From an uncultured Nitrospiraceae bacterium (lineage in GTDB: Bacteria > Nitrospirota > Thermodesulfovibrionia > Thermodesulfovibrionales > UBA6898): a stretch of DNA of 64,000 nt. Below the pieces are notes generated by a model that worked only from the letters and a program-made list of their open reading frames with translations, was not told the DNA's origin and did no database searches. Shown one piece after another: positions 42,321-52,477 of the stretch (position 1 is the first letter of the stretch; every line of letters starts with the position of its first letter). A program made the position numbers and the translations under genes. The stretch is taken from contig CAWEQH010000010.1 in NCBI GenBank assembly GCA_963811165.1, forward strand, positions 320,001 to 384,000, written 5' to 3'.

Positions 42321-44486
42321 ATGGGCATCCCGCTAAAAATATTGATGATTGAAGATTCTGAGGATGATACTATTCTCTTGCTGCGGGAAATTAAACGCGG
42401 CGGCTATGAACCGTTTCACATGCGGGTTGAGACCGCAGAGGACATGCAGGCCGCGATTACCGGAAGACCCTGGGATGTCGTCATATCCGACTTCATCATG
42501 CCGCAGTTCAGCGGTCTTGCGGCCCTCGACCTTCTCAAACAAAGCGGTCTTGACATCCCCTTTATCATCGTCTCCGGGAAGATAGGAGAGGACATCGCGG
42601 TGGAGGCCATGAGGGCCGGCGCCCACGATTATATCCTCAAGGGCAACCTCCCGCGGCTCGTTCCTGCCATACAAAGAGAACTGAGGGAGGCCGAAACCCG
42701 CGCTGCCCGCCGGACAGCAGAGGAAGAGCTCAAAAGGCACCAGGAACATCTTGAGGAACTCGTCGAGGAACGTACAGATGAATTAAAGAAGACGAACGAA
42801 CAACTCCACCGGGAAATCTCCGACCGTAAGATCGCGGAAGAGGCCCTAAAGAAGGCAATCAAAAGGGCCAAAGAGGAAAAAGCGAAGTCCGAAGCGATAA
42901 TAGCGGCCCTCGGCGACGGCGTCATAATCCAGGACAACGAGTATAAAATCACCTATCAAAACGTGATCCACAAAGGCCTGATCGGCGACCATTTTGGCCA
43001 ATACTGCTATGCGGCATATCGGCTTGGTGAAAGCCCTTGTCCGGATTGTCCGGCTTCCCTTTCATTCCGGGACGGAAAGATACACAAGGCCGAAAAGACC
43101 GTAGCGACCGATAAGGGGGTCCTTAATATCGAGATAACGGCGTCGCCCCTTCGGGATGCCTCGGGGAAGATAATTGCAGGCATCGAGATAGTCAGGGACA
43201 TTACGCAACGCAAGAGGATGGAAGATGAGCTGCGTGAGCACCGAGACCACCTTGACCTGATGGTGAGGGAGCGAACTTCCGAACTGAGGGCCCTTAATAA
43301 GGAACTCAGGGGGGAGATTATGCGGCGTATACAGATGGAGAAGGACCTCATCGAGAGTCAGCGCTTCGTCCATCGTATCGCGGATGCGACCCCCAACCTG
43401 CTCTATCTCTATGACGCAATTGAGAACAGGAATGTGTATATAAACTCTCGCATCAAGGATATCCTGGGTTACTCCGTGGAGGAGATCAAGAAAATAAAAA
43501 GCCCTTTTTTCAAAAAACTTCTGCACCCCGGGGATGTATCGGTCATCGACTCACTCTGGAAACGGGTTAGCACCGCTAAGGAGGGCGATATCATCGAGTC
43601 GGAATATCGACTAAAGAATTGCCATGGGGAATGGCGCTGGTTTTACAGCAGGGACATCGTGTTTAAGAGAACTTCCGACGGTCTTTTAAAACTGGTGCTC
43701 GGCATCTCGCAAGATGTTACGGAGCGCAAACTTTTTGAGGAGGAACTAAAGAGTTCCCGCGAGCGCCTGCGCCAGCTTCTGGCCCATCTCCAATCGGTCA
43801 GAGAAGACGAGAGAACGAGGATATCACGCGAAATCCACGATGAACTCGGACAGGCACTTACCGCCCTTAAGATGGACCTTTCCTGGATCATCAAGCGGCT
43901 CGGCAAAGAGGAAAAGCCGATCAGGGAGAAAGCGCATCTTATGTCAAAGCTGATCGACATGAATATTCAGACTGTCAAGAGGATCTCCGCAGAGTTGAGG
44001 CCGGGGCTTCTCGACGATCTCGGGCTCACTGCGGCCATTGAATGGCAGGCGGAGGAGTTCAGGAAGAGGACCGGCATAAAGTGTGAACTATCGATCCGGC
44101 CCGATGACATGGAGCTGGAAAGGGATCTTTCAACCGCCATATTCCGGATCTTTCAGGAGACGCTTACCAATGTGGTAAGGCACGCCAAGGCCAAGAAGGT
44201 CAGGGTTAGCCTGAAAAAGAATGAAGAAACACTGATCTTCCAGGTCAAAGATGACGGCAAGGGTATATCCGAGAGGGAGGTTTCGAGCCCAAAATCCATC
44301 GGATTGATCGGCATGAGAGAGCGCGTGCGCTTTTTCGGGGGCGAAATGGAAATCGATGGGGACAAGGGGACTACGGTCATGGTAACTATTCCCGTGAAAA
44401 GTGGAACAACTGATCTTGCTTTTGAAAAAGGTCTTGAAGTCGGCGGCAAAAGGGTGAAAAAATATGTCCTGGGAGGAAAAAATTGA
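42321..44486 (+). CDS. Cytoplasmic sensor kinase REC-PAS-PAS-HisKA_3-HATPase
   Basis: REC (IEDSEDD...SDFIMP), two PAS, ERTRISREIHDELGQ, QETLTN, DDGKG. Confidence 0.92.
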   Translation: MGIPLKILMIEDSEDDTILLLREIKRGGYEPFHMRVETAEDMQAAITGRPWDVVISDFIMPQFSGLAALDLLKQSGLDIPFIIVSGKIGEDIAVEAMRAGAHDYILKGNLPRLVPAIQRELREAETRAARRTAEEELKRHQEHLEELVEERTDELKKTNEQLHREISDRKIAEEALKKAIKRAKEEKAKSEAIIAALGDGVIIQDNEYKITYQNVIHKGLIGDHFGQYCYAAYRLGESPCPDCPASLSFRDGKIHKAEKTVATDKGVLNIEITASPLRDASGKIIAGIEIVRDITQRKRMEDELREHRDHLDLMVRERTSELRALNKELRGEIMRRIQMEKDLIESQRFVHRIADATPNLLYLYDAIENRNVYINSRIKDILGYSVEEIKKIKSPFFKKLLHPGDVSVIDSLWKRVSTAKEGDIIESEYRLKNCHGEWRWFYSRDIVFKRTSDGLLKLVLGISQDVTERKLFEEELKSSRERLRQLLAHLQSVREDERTRISREIHDELGQALTALKMDLSWIIKRLGKEEKPIREKAHLMSKLIDMNIQTVKRISAELRPGLLDDLGLTAAIEWQAEEFRKRTGIKCELSIRPDDMELERDLSTAIFRIFQETLTNVVRHAKAKKVRVSLKKNEETLIFQVKDDGKGISEREVSSPKSIGLIGMRERVRFFGGEMEIDGDKGTTVMVTIPVKSGTTDLAFEKGLEVGGKRVKKYVLGGKN

Positions 44487-45115
44487 TAAAGATACTCATC
44501 GCCGACGATCACCGGATTGTCCGTGAGGGGCTAAAACAGATCCTTGCCGAAACGCCGGACATGATCGTGGCCGACGAGGCCAGTAATGCCCAAGAGGTAT
44601 TGAAAAAGATATGGGATAACGAGTACGACGTTTTGCTCCTGGACATATCCATGCCCGGAAGAAGCGGCCTGGACATATTGAAGCAGTTGAAGAGCGACCG
44701 GCCTAAACTCTCGGTCCTGGTGCTGAGCATGTATTCCGAGGAGCAATATGCGTTAAGGGCCCTTAAGGCCGGTGCATCGGGCTATATGACCAAGGAAAGC
44801 GCCACCGATGAATTGATAGAGGCGATACGGAAGGTTTCGACAGGCAGGAAATATATCAGCCCGTCCGTTGCGGAAAGACTTGCCTTCAGTCTTGAAAGCG
44901 GCGATGAAAGACCGCCGCAGGAAACGCTCTCCGACCGGGAATTCCAGGTCATGTGCATGATCGCCTCCGGTAAAACAATCAAGGCCATTGCAGCTGAGCT
45001 CTCGCTGAGCATTAAGACCGTCAGCACCTATCGTGCACGCATCCTCGAAAAGATGCGAATGAATAACAACGCCGAGCTCACTCATTATGCGATACAGAAC
45101 AAACTTGTCGAGTAG
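44483..45115 (+). CDS. NarL/UvrY-family response regulator
   Basis: ADDHRIVREG, LDISMPG, LSDREFQV LuxR HTH, TVSTYRARI. Confidence 0.93.
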   Translation: MIKILIADDHRIVREGLKQILAETPDMIVADEASNAQEVLKKIWDNEYDVLLLDISMPGRSGLDILKQLKSDRPKLSVLVLSMYSEEQYALRALKAGASGYMTKESATDELIEAIRKVSTGRKYISPSVAERLAFSLESGDERPPQETLSDREFQVMCMIASGKTIKAIAAELSLSIKTVSTYRARILEKMRMNNNAELTHYAIQNKLVE

Positions 45116-45130
45116 CCGGCGCCTCCGCGA

Positions 45131-45160
45131 TTGACAGAACAACAGCGCTTGGGTTACGCT
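45131..45160 (+). promoter_or_regulatory. Putative sigma70 promoter of gmhA
   Basis: TTGACA-18 nt-TACGCT. Confidence 0.55.
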
Positions 45161-45211
45161 TATTGCGAAGTATCGGGGCAGACGGACTTCATCCGGTTTG
45201 ACATTTTCTGA

Positions 45212-45796
45212 ATGAAAGAAAAAATCCTTAAAGAATTCAAAGAAAGCATTTCCGTCAAGGAAAAATTCATCCACGAGCATTTAGATACGGTCATTGAAGT
45301 GTCCAAGGCGATCGCGACCGCCTTCAATGAAGGAAACAAGCTCCTTCTCTTTGGCAATGGCGGCAGCTCCACCGACGCCTCCCATATCGCTGCAGAATTT
45401 ATCAACAGGTTCAAAAGAGAAAGACCGGGGCTCCCGGCTATTGCCCTGAATACCGATATGGCGGTCATCACGTCGATAGCGAACGATTATGATTATTCAG
45501 AGGTTTTTTCGCGCCAGCTAAAGTCCCTTGCCTTCGAGGGTGATGTCGTCATCGCCATTACTACGAGCGGACATTCTTCGAATGTCATCAAGGCCATGGA
45601 CGTAGCAAAAAAAAAGAAATTGAAAACGATAATCTTTACCGGCTCGAAAGGGGAGAAACTTGCCTCCAAGGCGACATATTCCTTTGTCGTGCCATCAGAC
45701 AACACCCCGAGAATACAGGAAACGCATATTACCCTGGGGCACGTTCTCTGCCTCATGGTAGAAGAAATACTCTTTGAAGAGCCCCGGAAAAAGTAG
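45212..45796 (+). CDS. gmhA: Phosphoheptose isomerase (SIS domain)
   Basis: FGNGGS, HIAAEF, IANDY, TTSGHS, RIQETH. Confidence 0.9.
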   Translation: MKEKILKEFKESISVKEKFIHEHLDTVIEVSKAIATAFNEGNKLLLFGNGGSSTDASHIAAEFINRFKRERPGLPAIALNTDMAVITSIANDYDYSEVFSRQLKSLAFEGDVVIAITTSGHSSNVIKAMDVAKKKKLKTIIFTGSKGEKLASKATYSFVVPSDNTPRIQETHITLGHVLCLMVEEILFEEPRKK

Positions 45797-45869
45797 TTCC
45801 GGACTCATAAATTCCCAGGTATGATACTATAATAAACATACTATCATATATGGATTCGAGATCCGAAAC

Positions 45870-46349
45870 ATGATTATACTCGGGTTGGACCCCGGCCTGG
45901 CCAGCACCGGCTTCGGCGCTATTCATTGCGAGAACACTCGACCCTCTATCCTCAAATGTGGGTATATTAAAACTTCCCCACAAGAACATATTTCTCACAG
46001 ACTGTGCCAGATACATTTGGATGTTACTCATTTACTGCATACCTTGAGGCCCGATCTCATTGCAGTGGAGAATGTTTTTTCCATGATTAAATATCCGAAG
46101 GCCGGTATATTATTAGGCGGCGTTTTAGGTATTATATATTTGGCAGTCTCTCAAAATAATATTCCTATGAAAGAAATCACACCCAAGGAAGTAAAAAATT
46201 CGTTGGTCGGATATGGCGGGGCGAATAAGGAACAAATCAAGGAAACAGTAAAAAAATTACTGACAATAAGTGACGTCGCGTCGTTTCACGCGGCCGATGC
46301 CCTCGCGATAGCCTTAACTGCATTTTATCGAGAGGTACCAAAGAGATGA
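45870..46349 (+). CDS. ruvC: Holliday junction resolvase RuvC
   Basis: ILGLDPG, AVENVF, GYGGANKEQ, AADALAIA. Confidence 0.93.
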   Translation: MIILGLDPGLASTGFGAIHCENTRPSILKCGYIKTSPQEHISHRLCQIHLDVTHLLHTLRPDLIAVENVFSMIKYPKAGILLGGVLGIIYLAVSQNNIPMKEITPKEVKNSLVGYGGANKEQIKETVKKLLTISDVASFHAADALAIALTAFYREVPKR

Positions 46350-46963
46350 TCTCTTTCTTGGAAGGTAAATTGCTGGACAGTTCCGATGATAGAATCACCC
46401 TTTTAGTAAATGGAATCGGCTATGAAATCTTGATTCCCGTTTTTGTGATGAATGAGATAAGAAAAGATATGAAATCTGAGAATAAAGAACTGAAATTATA
46501 TATTTCATATAACCAATCTGAAAGACAACCGAAGCCGGTTCTTGTAGGATTTAAACATTCCGCGGAAAAAAAGTTTTTCGAGCTTTTTATTTCGGTGGAA
46601 GATATAGGACCGTCGGCGGCGATAAAGGCTTTGGTAAAACCTGTAAGAGAGATAGCCCGGGCCATAGAGGAAAAGGACACGGGGGCGTTACGACAATTAA
46701 AAGGCATCGGTGAAAGGAAGGCCGAGAAAATTATCGCCACTCTTAAAGGAAAGGTCGCAATGTATGCATTAATGCACGAAGTTGAAGCACTCCCCGAACC
46801 CACGGAAGACTTCAAGAAGGAAGTTGAAAACGTTCTTGTGAATCAACTCGGTCACAAGTTGATGGAAGCGCGCAAGATGATAGAGGAAGCGATGAAGCGA
46901 AATTCGGGCATAGGTTCATCCGAAGAGTTATTTGAGGAAGTGTATCGAGGACAAAGAAAGTGA
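46346..46963 (+). CDS. ruvA: Holliday junction branch migration protein RuvA
   Basis: MISFLEG, VNGIGYE, HhH motifs IGPSAA and [10 protein letters not shown]. Confidence 0.9.
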   Translation: MISFLEGKLLDSSDDRITLLVNGIGYEILIPVFVMNEIRKDMKSENKELKLYISYNQSERQPKPVLVGFKHSAEKKFFELFISVEDIGPSAAIKALVKPVREIARAIEEKDTGALRQLKGIGERKAEKIIATLKGKVAMYALMHEVEALPEPTEDFKKEVENVLVNQLGHKLMEARKMIEEAMKRNSGIGSSEELFEEVYRGQRK

Positions 46964-48018
46964 TTTTCGAAGAGTCACACAATATCCCCGACGTAGTACA
47001 CGTTAATGGTCCTTCTGAAGAGGATAACAATTTTAACCTGAGGCCGAAGCGGCTTTCTGAATATGTGGGGCAGGACAAGATAGTTGAAACACTGAACATA
47101 GCGATAGAGGCTGCTCTTAAAAGGAAGGAACCCCTTGATCATATCTTGTTTAATGGGCCGCCGGGTTTAGGCAAAACTACGTTGGCTCATATCATAGCAA
47201 ATGAGATGGGCACGAAGATTATTACTTCCTCCGGCCCTGCTTTGGAAAAAGGCGGCGATCTCATGGGGATATTGACCCATATGGAAAAGGGCGACGTCTT
47301 TTTTATTGATGAAATTCACAGACTTCCGAAGGTTGTCGAGGAATTTCTTTACTCGGCGATGGAAGATTTCGCGGTAGATTTTATTTTCGATAAAGGGGTA
47401 CATGCCCGCACGCACAGATACAGACTTGAACCGTTCACCCTGATAGGCGCGACGACTAGGGCCGGTCTTTTATCTTCTCCTTTACGGGAAAGATTCGGAA
47501 TTACGCGGGATCTTGACTTCTATAATGAAAAGGATCTTATGCGTATCGTAAAACGCTCGGCCGCAATATTAGACATAGTTCTCGAAAATGACGGAGCTTA
47601 CGAAATTGCCCGGAGGTCAAGGGGGACGCCCAGGGTCGCCAATAGGTTGCTGAAACGCGTTCGCGATTATGCACAGGTCAGGGCTCAGGGGAAAATAACC
47701 AGGGATGTAGCGATGGAAGCGTTAGCGCTGGAAGGTGTCGACGAGCACGGCCTGGGCGAAACCGACAGAAAACTTCTCACAATAATAATTGTTAATTATA
47801 AGGGTGGGCCTGTCGGGATTGAGGCCCTCGCCTCAACCCTCCAATTAGAGACAGATGTCTTATTAGATGTGGTTGAACCCTATCTATTAAAGACGGGCTT
47901 TATCATAAGGACCTCACAGGGAAGGAAAGCTTCGGAAAAGGCTTATGTCCATTTGGGCATATCACCGAAAGACCTGGATAGCGGCAGCTTGTTCGGAAGT
48001 GTTAGACACAAGCGGTAA
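46960..48018 (+). CDS. ruvB: Holliday junction helicase RuvB
   Basis: [30 protein letters not shown]. Confidence 0.97.
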   Translation: MIFEESHNIPDVVHVNGPSEEDNNFNLRPKRLSEYVGQDKIVETLNIAIEAALKRKEPLDHILFNGPPGLGKTTLAHIIANEMGTKIITSSGPALEKGGDLMGILTHMEKGDVFFIDEIHRLPKVVEEFLYSAMEDFAVDFIFDKGVHARTHRYRLEPFTLIGATTRAGLLSSPLRERFGITRDLDFYNEKDLMRIVKRSAAILDIVLENDGAYEIARRSRGTPRVANRLLKRVRDYAQVRAQGKITRDVAMEALALEGVDEHGLGETDRKLLTIIIVNYKGGPVGIEALASTLQLETDVLLDVVEPYLLKTGFIIRTSQGRKASEKAYVHLGISPKDLDSGSLFGSVRHKR

Positions 48019-48023
48019 TCCCC

Positions 48024-48578
48024 ATGAAACTTCTGATGCATATCTGCTGTTCAAACTGTAGCGTCTACCCCCTGGAGTTTTTTTTGACCGAGGGGATCGA
48101 CGTGACAGGCTTCTGGTTCAACCCCAACATTCATCCCTATACCGAATATACGCAGCGACTCGATTCTCTTCGGAAACTCCAGCGAATCTGGAACCTCGAT
48201 ATTGAATATGACGAAAGCTATGGGCTTGATGATTTCCTGAAATCCGTCGTCGGCAAGGGAACTCACCGATGCGAGGTCTGTTATGCAAAGAGATTGGAAA
48301 TAACCGCCGGTGCTGCGAGGAGGATGGGCATAGGGAGTTTTACGACATCGCTTCTTGCAAGTCCATACCAGAAATTTGATATGATAATAGCGATAGGGAA
48401 AGAGATAGGCCGGAGAGAAGGAGTGTCCTTTCTTTACGAAGACCTGAGAAAGGGATGGAACATTTCCAGAGGTCTGGTTTCGGAATTCGGCCTTTACAGG
48501 CAAAAATACTGCGGCTGCATATATTCGGAAATGGAGAGATACGCATTGAAAGGCAAGCCCCCCGCTGCCGGCAGGTAG
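48024..48578 (+). CDS. queH: Epoxyqueuosine reductase QueH (DUF208)
   Basis: LLMHICCSNC, NPNIHP, RCEVCY, YRQKYCGC. Confidence 0.9.
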   Translation: MKLLMHICCSNCSVYPLEFFLTEGIDVTGFWFNPNIHPYTEYTQRLDSLRKLQRIWNLDIEYDESYGLDDFLKSVVGKGTHRCEVCYAKRLEITAGAARRMGIGSFTTSLLASPYQKFDMIIAIGKEIGRREGVSFLYEDLRKGWNISRGLVSEFGLYRQKYCGCIYSEMERYALKGKPPAAGR

Positions 48579-48606
48579 CAGGGAAGCCACGTATACATTA
48601 AGTAGG

Positions 48607-48834
48607 ATGGTCGATGAGATGCAGCACATAGGCAGGTTGCTGGTCATTTTCGGCGTAGTAATAGCGGCGATCGGATTTCTCATCGTCTTTTCGGGAAAAC
48701 TTCCCTGGTTAGGAAGGCTCCCGGGGGATCTCGTCCTTCACAAGAAGAATTTCACGTTCTATTTTCCTCTTGCAACGAGCGTATTGATAAGCCTGTTGCT
48801 CACACTTCTGTTTTGGATATTAGGGAAGAGATAG
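48607..48834 (+). CDS. DUF2905 small membrane protein
   Basis: LGRLPGD...FYFPLATS; usual position after ruvB. Confidence 0.85.
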   Translation: MVDEMQHIGRLLVIFGVVIAAIGFLIVFSGKLPWLGRLPGDLVLHKKNFTFYFPLATSVLISLLLTLLFWILGKR

Positions 48835-48835
48835 C

Positions 48836-49819
48836 ATGAACAAAAAAATTATCGCCGTATGTGTATTTCTGATTTTCCTCACTTCCTCCTCATTGGATGC
48901 GAGCTCTATAAGGGTGCTGATACTCGACGACGTCTTCCGCAATATCCCCGAGAAGAACGAGCAGATGGAACAAATGGGTAAACTGAGCGGCGACCTTTTC
49001 GTAAGCGGCACCCACTACAGCGGGGATATCGCGGTCCTGAAAGGCAAGTCCTCGATGTACCTTATCAACAAACTGCCGATCGAGGAATATGTAAAAAACG
49101 TGGTGGCTAATGAGGTGAGTTCCAGCTGGGACATGGAGGCGCTCAAAGTCCAGGCGGTTATAGCCAGGACCTATGCCCTTTACCAAAAGACGATTGCCGC
49201 CAACCCAAATTTCGACCTCACCTCCTCGGTCCTCCATCAGGCCTACAAGGGCAGTACCGTAGATGCGAGGATCGCCTATGCGGTCATGAATACCGAAGGC
49301 GAAGTCCTCTATTACGATGGCAAGCTTATCGAGGCGCTGTATCATTCGACCTCCGGGGGTAAAACGGAAGAGGCCTCCGAAGTATTCGGCAAGAGTTATC
49401 CGTACATGAGACCCGTTGAATCAAACTGCGAGATATCCCCGTACTGGATGTGGGAGAGGAAGATACCCGTCGAGGAGATCGAAAAGGCCCTAAGCCTTAC
49501 GGGCGTTACAGAGATCAAAATCACATCCTATACGGTCACGAAGAGGGTGAAGACCGTCGATGTTATGCACAGGGACGGGACAACGCAGGTGAAGGCCACT
49601 GATCTGAGGAAACTGCTCGGCTGGAGCCGGCTGCCCAGCACGAACTTCGAGGTGTCGCGGGAAAACGGCACTTTCGTCTTTGAGGGAAAGGGATACGGCC
49701 ACGGCGTCGGGCTCTGCCAGTGGTCGGCCCTTCAGATGGCACGCGAAGGGAAAAACTATAAAGAAATCCTTTCCTATTTTTATCCCGGCACCGTTATCGG
49801 ACTATATGAAGACCACTGA
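48836..49819 (+). CDS. SpoIID/LytB domain protein
   Basis: EEYVKNVVANE, EALKVQAVIARTY, GYGHGVGLCQ. Confidence 0.9.
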   Translation: MNKKIIAVCVFLIFLTSSSLDASSIRVLILDDVFRNIPEKNEQMEQMGKLSGDLFVSGTHYSGDIAVLKGKSSMYLINKLPIEEYVKNVVANEVSSSWDMEALKVQAVIARTYALYQKTIAANPNFDLTSSVLHQAYKGSTVDARIAYAVMNTEGEVLYYDGKLIEALYHSTSGGKTEEASEVFGKSYPYMRPVESNCEISPYWMWERKIPVEEIEKALSLTGVTEIKITSYTVTKRVKTVDVMHRDGTTQVKATDLRKLLGWSRLPSTNFEVSRENGTFVFEGKGYGHGVGLCQWSALQMAREGKNYKEILSYFYPGTVIGLYEDH

Positions 49820-50813
49820 ATTCGACTTTTTCCTCCCTGAAAAGCTGATCGCTTACAGGCCGGCTGAAAAAAGGGATGATTCAAGGCTTCTCGTGCTGCA
49901 TAGGGACGGCCCTGCCGAGCACAGAAGATTTAGGGACCTGCCCTCGTTTCTTAGGGCGGGGGATATGCTTCTTTTGAACAAGACAAAAGTCCTCCCTGCC
50001 AGGTTAACAGGCGTTAAACGAGGCGGGGGAAGGCTTGAGATACTCCTCACAAGGGAGATCTTGCCTGGGAAATGGGAGATCTTGGCGAAGGGAAGATATT
50101 CAGGACCACTGAGGATTTCGGAAGGATTTACCGCATATATTTCCCAGGGAAAGACCGCCCTTTTCGAAAGCCCATCAGACCTGAGAGAACGCATCTGGCT
50201 GGAGGGGAAAATGCCCCTTCCTCCTTATATCAAACGACAGGCGGACGATCTTGACATGGAACGGTATCAGACTGTGTATGCGGAAGCTGAGGGGTCCATC
50301 GCCGCCCCCACGGCGGGCCTTCATTTTACTTCTGAACTTCTCGACGTAATAGCCGCGAAGTCGGTCCTGATACGGCATATCGTACTCCACGTCGGGACCG
50401 GGACCTTCAGACTGATAAAAACAGTCGACATCGAAGATCATGCCATGGACAGAGAGATATTCGAAATCGACCCCGATTTGCCGTCGGAGATCGAGGAAGT
50501 GAAGAGACGCGGGGGCAGGATTATCGCGGTGGGCACGACTGCCACACGCGCGGTGGAGGGTTACCTAAGCGGAAGATGCGAAATTTTATCCTCAAATGGT
50601 GCCGTTCGCGGGCTTACGGATATCTTCATTTTTGAGGGCTATCGTCCCAAGGCGATAGACGCCGTCATCACGAACTTTCACCTCCCACGCTCCACTCCAT
50701 TAATGCTTACCTCGGTCTTTGCGGGCAGGGAAAGACTCCTGGGCGCCTATGAAGCTGCGATATCCATGGGATATAGATTTTTCTCCTATGGTGATGCTAT
50801 GCTTGTTTTATGA
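49806..50813 (+). CDS. queA: S-adenosylmethionine:tRNA ribosyltransferase-isomerase
   Basis: FDFFLPEKLIA, PLPPYI, AAPTAGLHF, TNFHLPRST, FFSYGDAM. Confidence 0.95.
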   Translation: MKTTEFDFFLPEKLIAYRPAEKRDDSRLLVLHRDGPAEHRRFRDLPSFLRAGDMLLLNKTKVLPARLTGVKRGGGRLEILLTREILPGKWEILAKGRYSGPLRISEGFTAYISQGKTALFESPSDLRERIWLEGKMPLPPYIKRQADDLDMERYQTVYAEAEGSIAAPTAGLHFTSELLDVIAAKSVLIRHIVLHVGTGTFRLIKTVDIEDHAMDREIFEIDPDLPSEIEEVKRRGGRIIAVGTTATRAVEGYLSGRCEILSSNGAVRGLTDIFIFEGYRPKAIDAVITNFHLPRSTPLMLTSVFAGRERLLGAYEAAISMGYRFFSYGDAMLVL

Positions 50814-51496
50814 ACGACAAAGGCCGGAAGGATGACGCATCAGTGCGCATTGTCGGCAGGGAATTTATTATACTAATTGTGGTGGTTTTCTCTTCCCTGA
50901 GCTTCGCCCTCGGTTTCTTTGTCGGCAAGAACAACGCGGAGAAAAAAGGAGAGTTCGCTGTCCAGCCGGCCACTAGGCCTTCTTATAGTGAGCCGCAGCA
51001 AAATGCAGTCACTACTTCTCAGCTGCAGCCTCCAAAAGCTGAAGGGCAGCTTATAGGGGCAGCAGCGCCGGTGCAGGATAAAAAGACCGCGCTCCAGAGC
51101 GTTTCTTTACAGCCGGAAAGCAGGGGTGAGGCGGATAAGACGGGTCTGGAGCATAACGAAGCGGCAACCACTTTACCGAAAGAGGCAAAAAAAAAGGAAG
51201 CTGAACAAACGGCCTCGACAAACGGCGAGTCCAATGCGAAAGCAGGTGGAGACGAAATAATCTACACCGTGCAGCTGGAAGCATTAAAGAATGCCGCGGA
51301 GGCTCATCGCCTCAAGACTAAGTACGTAAAAAAAGGATATAAAATCTATATAACCGTCTCTCGAAACAAACACAAAGAGAAGATATTTAAAGTGAGGGTC
51401 GGCGAATTCACGGAAAAGAAGAACGCGGAGATCCTGGCCCTTCGTATGAAAAAGAACGAAGGGCTGGCGGCCTTTGTGACCCTCAAGAACGATTAA
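50810..51496 (+). CDS. SPOR domain membrane protein
   Basis: N-terminal TM, linker, YTVQLEA...FKVRVGEF. Confidence 0.85.
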   Translation: MNDKGRKDDASVRIVGREFIILIVVVFSSLSFALGFFVGKNNAEKKGEFAVQPATRPSYSEPQQNAVTTSQLQPPKAEGQLIGAAAPVQDKKTALQSVSLQPESRGEADKTGLEHNEAATTLPKEAKKKEAEQTASTNGESNAKAGGDEIIYTVQLEALKNAAEAHRLKTKYVKKGYKIYITVSRNKHKEKIFKVRVGEFTEKKNAEILALRMKKNEGLAAFVTLKND

Positions 51497-51505
51497 GGAG
51501 CTTCT

Positions 51506-52477
51506 ACGAATACCACAGTAATTGAATTTGATGCTGAAGAAAAGGAATATCCTTCTCTCTTCACAAATCTCGAAAGAAATCTCAAGGTTATCGAAGATGC
51601 TCTTGAGATAAGGGCCAGTTCCAGGGGGAACAAGATATTCCTTAAGGGAGAAGAGGGAAAAATCAGGGCGGCCGAAAAATTCATACGTGAACTGATGCAC
51701 TCAAGCCACGAATTGCCGTCCCTGACAGCGGAAGATATTCGCCATGCCATCAGGTCCTCTCCCGAAGGGACGGAGTTGTCCCTGAAAGAGCTTTTTGTGG
51801 ATCAGATAGCGGTTGCGTCGAAAAGACGCTTCATCGTTCCCAAAACAGCTACGCAAAAGACGTATATCGACGCCATACGCAATCATGATATAGTTATAGG
51901 AATAGGCCCGGCTGGAACAGGTAAGACGTATCTTGCCATGGCGATGGCGATAAGCGCCTTTCTGAAAAAGCAGGTCAGCAGGATAGTGTTGGCACGTCCG
52001 GCCATCGAGGCGGGAGAAAAGCTCGGGTTTCTGCCCGGGGATATGTTCGAAAAGGTCAACCCGTATCTGAGACCCCTCTACGACGCCCTCTACGACATGA
52101 TGGAGGCTGAGAAGGCGTCGCGGCTGATTGAGCGGGGGGTGATAGAGATTGCACCTCTTGCCTTTATGAGAGGAAGGACACTCAATGACTCTTTTATCAT
52201 CCTCGATGAGGCACAGAACACGACATCCGAACAGATGAAGATGTATCTGACAAGGCTTGGCTTTAATTCAAAGACGGTCATTACCGGCGATGTCACGCAG
52301 ATTGACTTGCCCCCGGGGAAGAACTCCGGCCTTGTCGAGGTAGTAAAAATCCTTGAGGGTGTCGAAGGAATACGCTTCGTCTTTTTCTCTGAAAAAGACG
52401 TCGTAAGACATAAACTGGTTCAGGAGATAGTCAGGGCGTACGAAAGATATGAAAAGCGGGATCCTGAAGGAGAGTAA
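51506..52477 (+). CDS. phoH: PhoH-family ATPase (YbeZ-like), probable ACG start
   Basis: GPAGTGKT, LGFLPG, MRGRT, DEAQN; open frame extends 63 codons upstream of ATG 51695 to ACG 51506 after AAGGAG. Confidence 0.9.
   Translation, partial: TNTTVIEFDAEEKEYPSLFTNLERNLKVIEDALEIRASSRGNKIFLKGEEGKIRAAEKFIRELMHSSHELPSLTAEDIRHAIRSSPEGTELSLKELFVDQIAVASKRRFIVPKTATQKTYIDAIRNHDIVIGIGPAGTGKTYLAMAMAISAFLKKQVSRIVLARPAIEAGEKLGFLPGDMFEKVNPYLRPLYDALYDMMEAEKASRLIERGVIEIAPLAFMRGRTLNDSFIILDEAQNTTSEQMKMYLTRLGFNSKTVITGDVTQIDLPPGKNSGLVEVVKILEGVEGIRFVFFSEKDVVRHKLVQEIVRAYERYEKRDPEGE

Noticed and set aside
45800..46960. AT-richer ruvC-ruvA segment as a horizontal acquisition
   Set aside because: Normal ruvCAB synteny, no mobility signatures, composition not quantified
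51494..51496. SPOR-PhoH read-through fusion
   Set aside because: TAA is a strong stop, the domains have opposite topology (periplasmic vs cytoplasmic), and an SD plus ACG explains the frame
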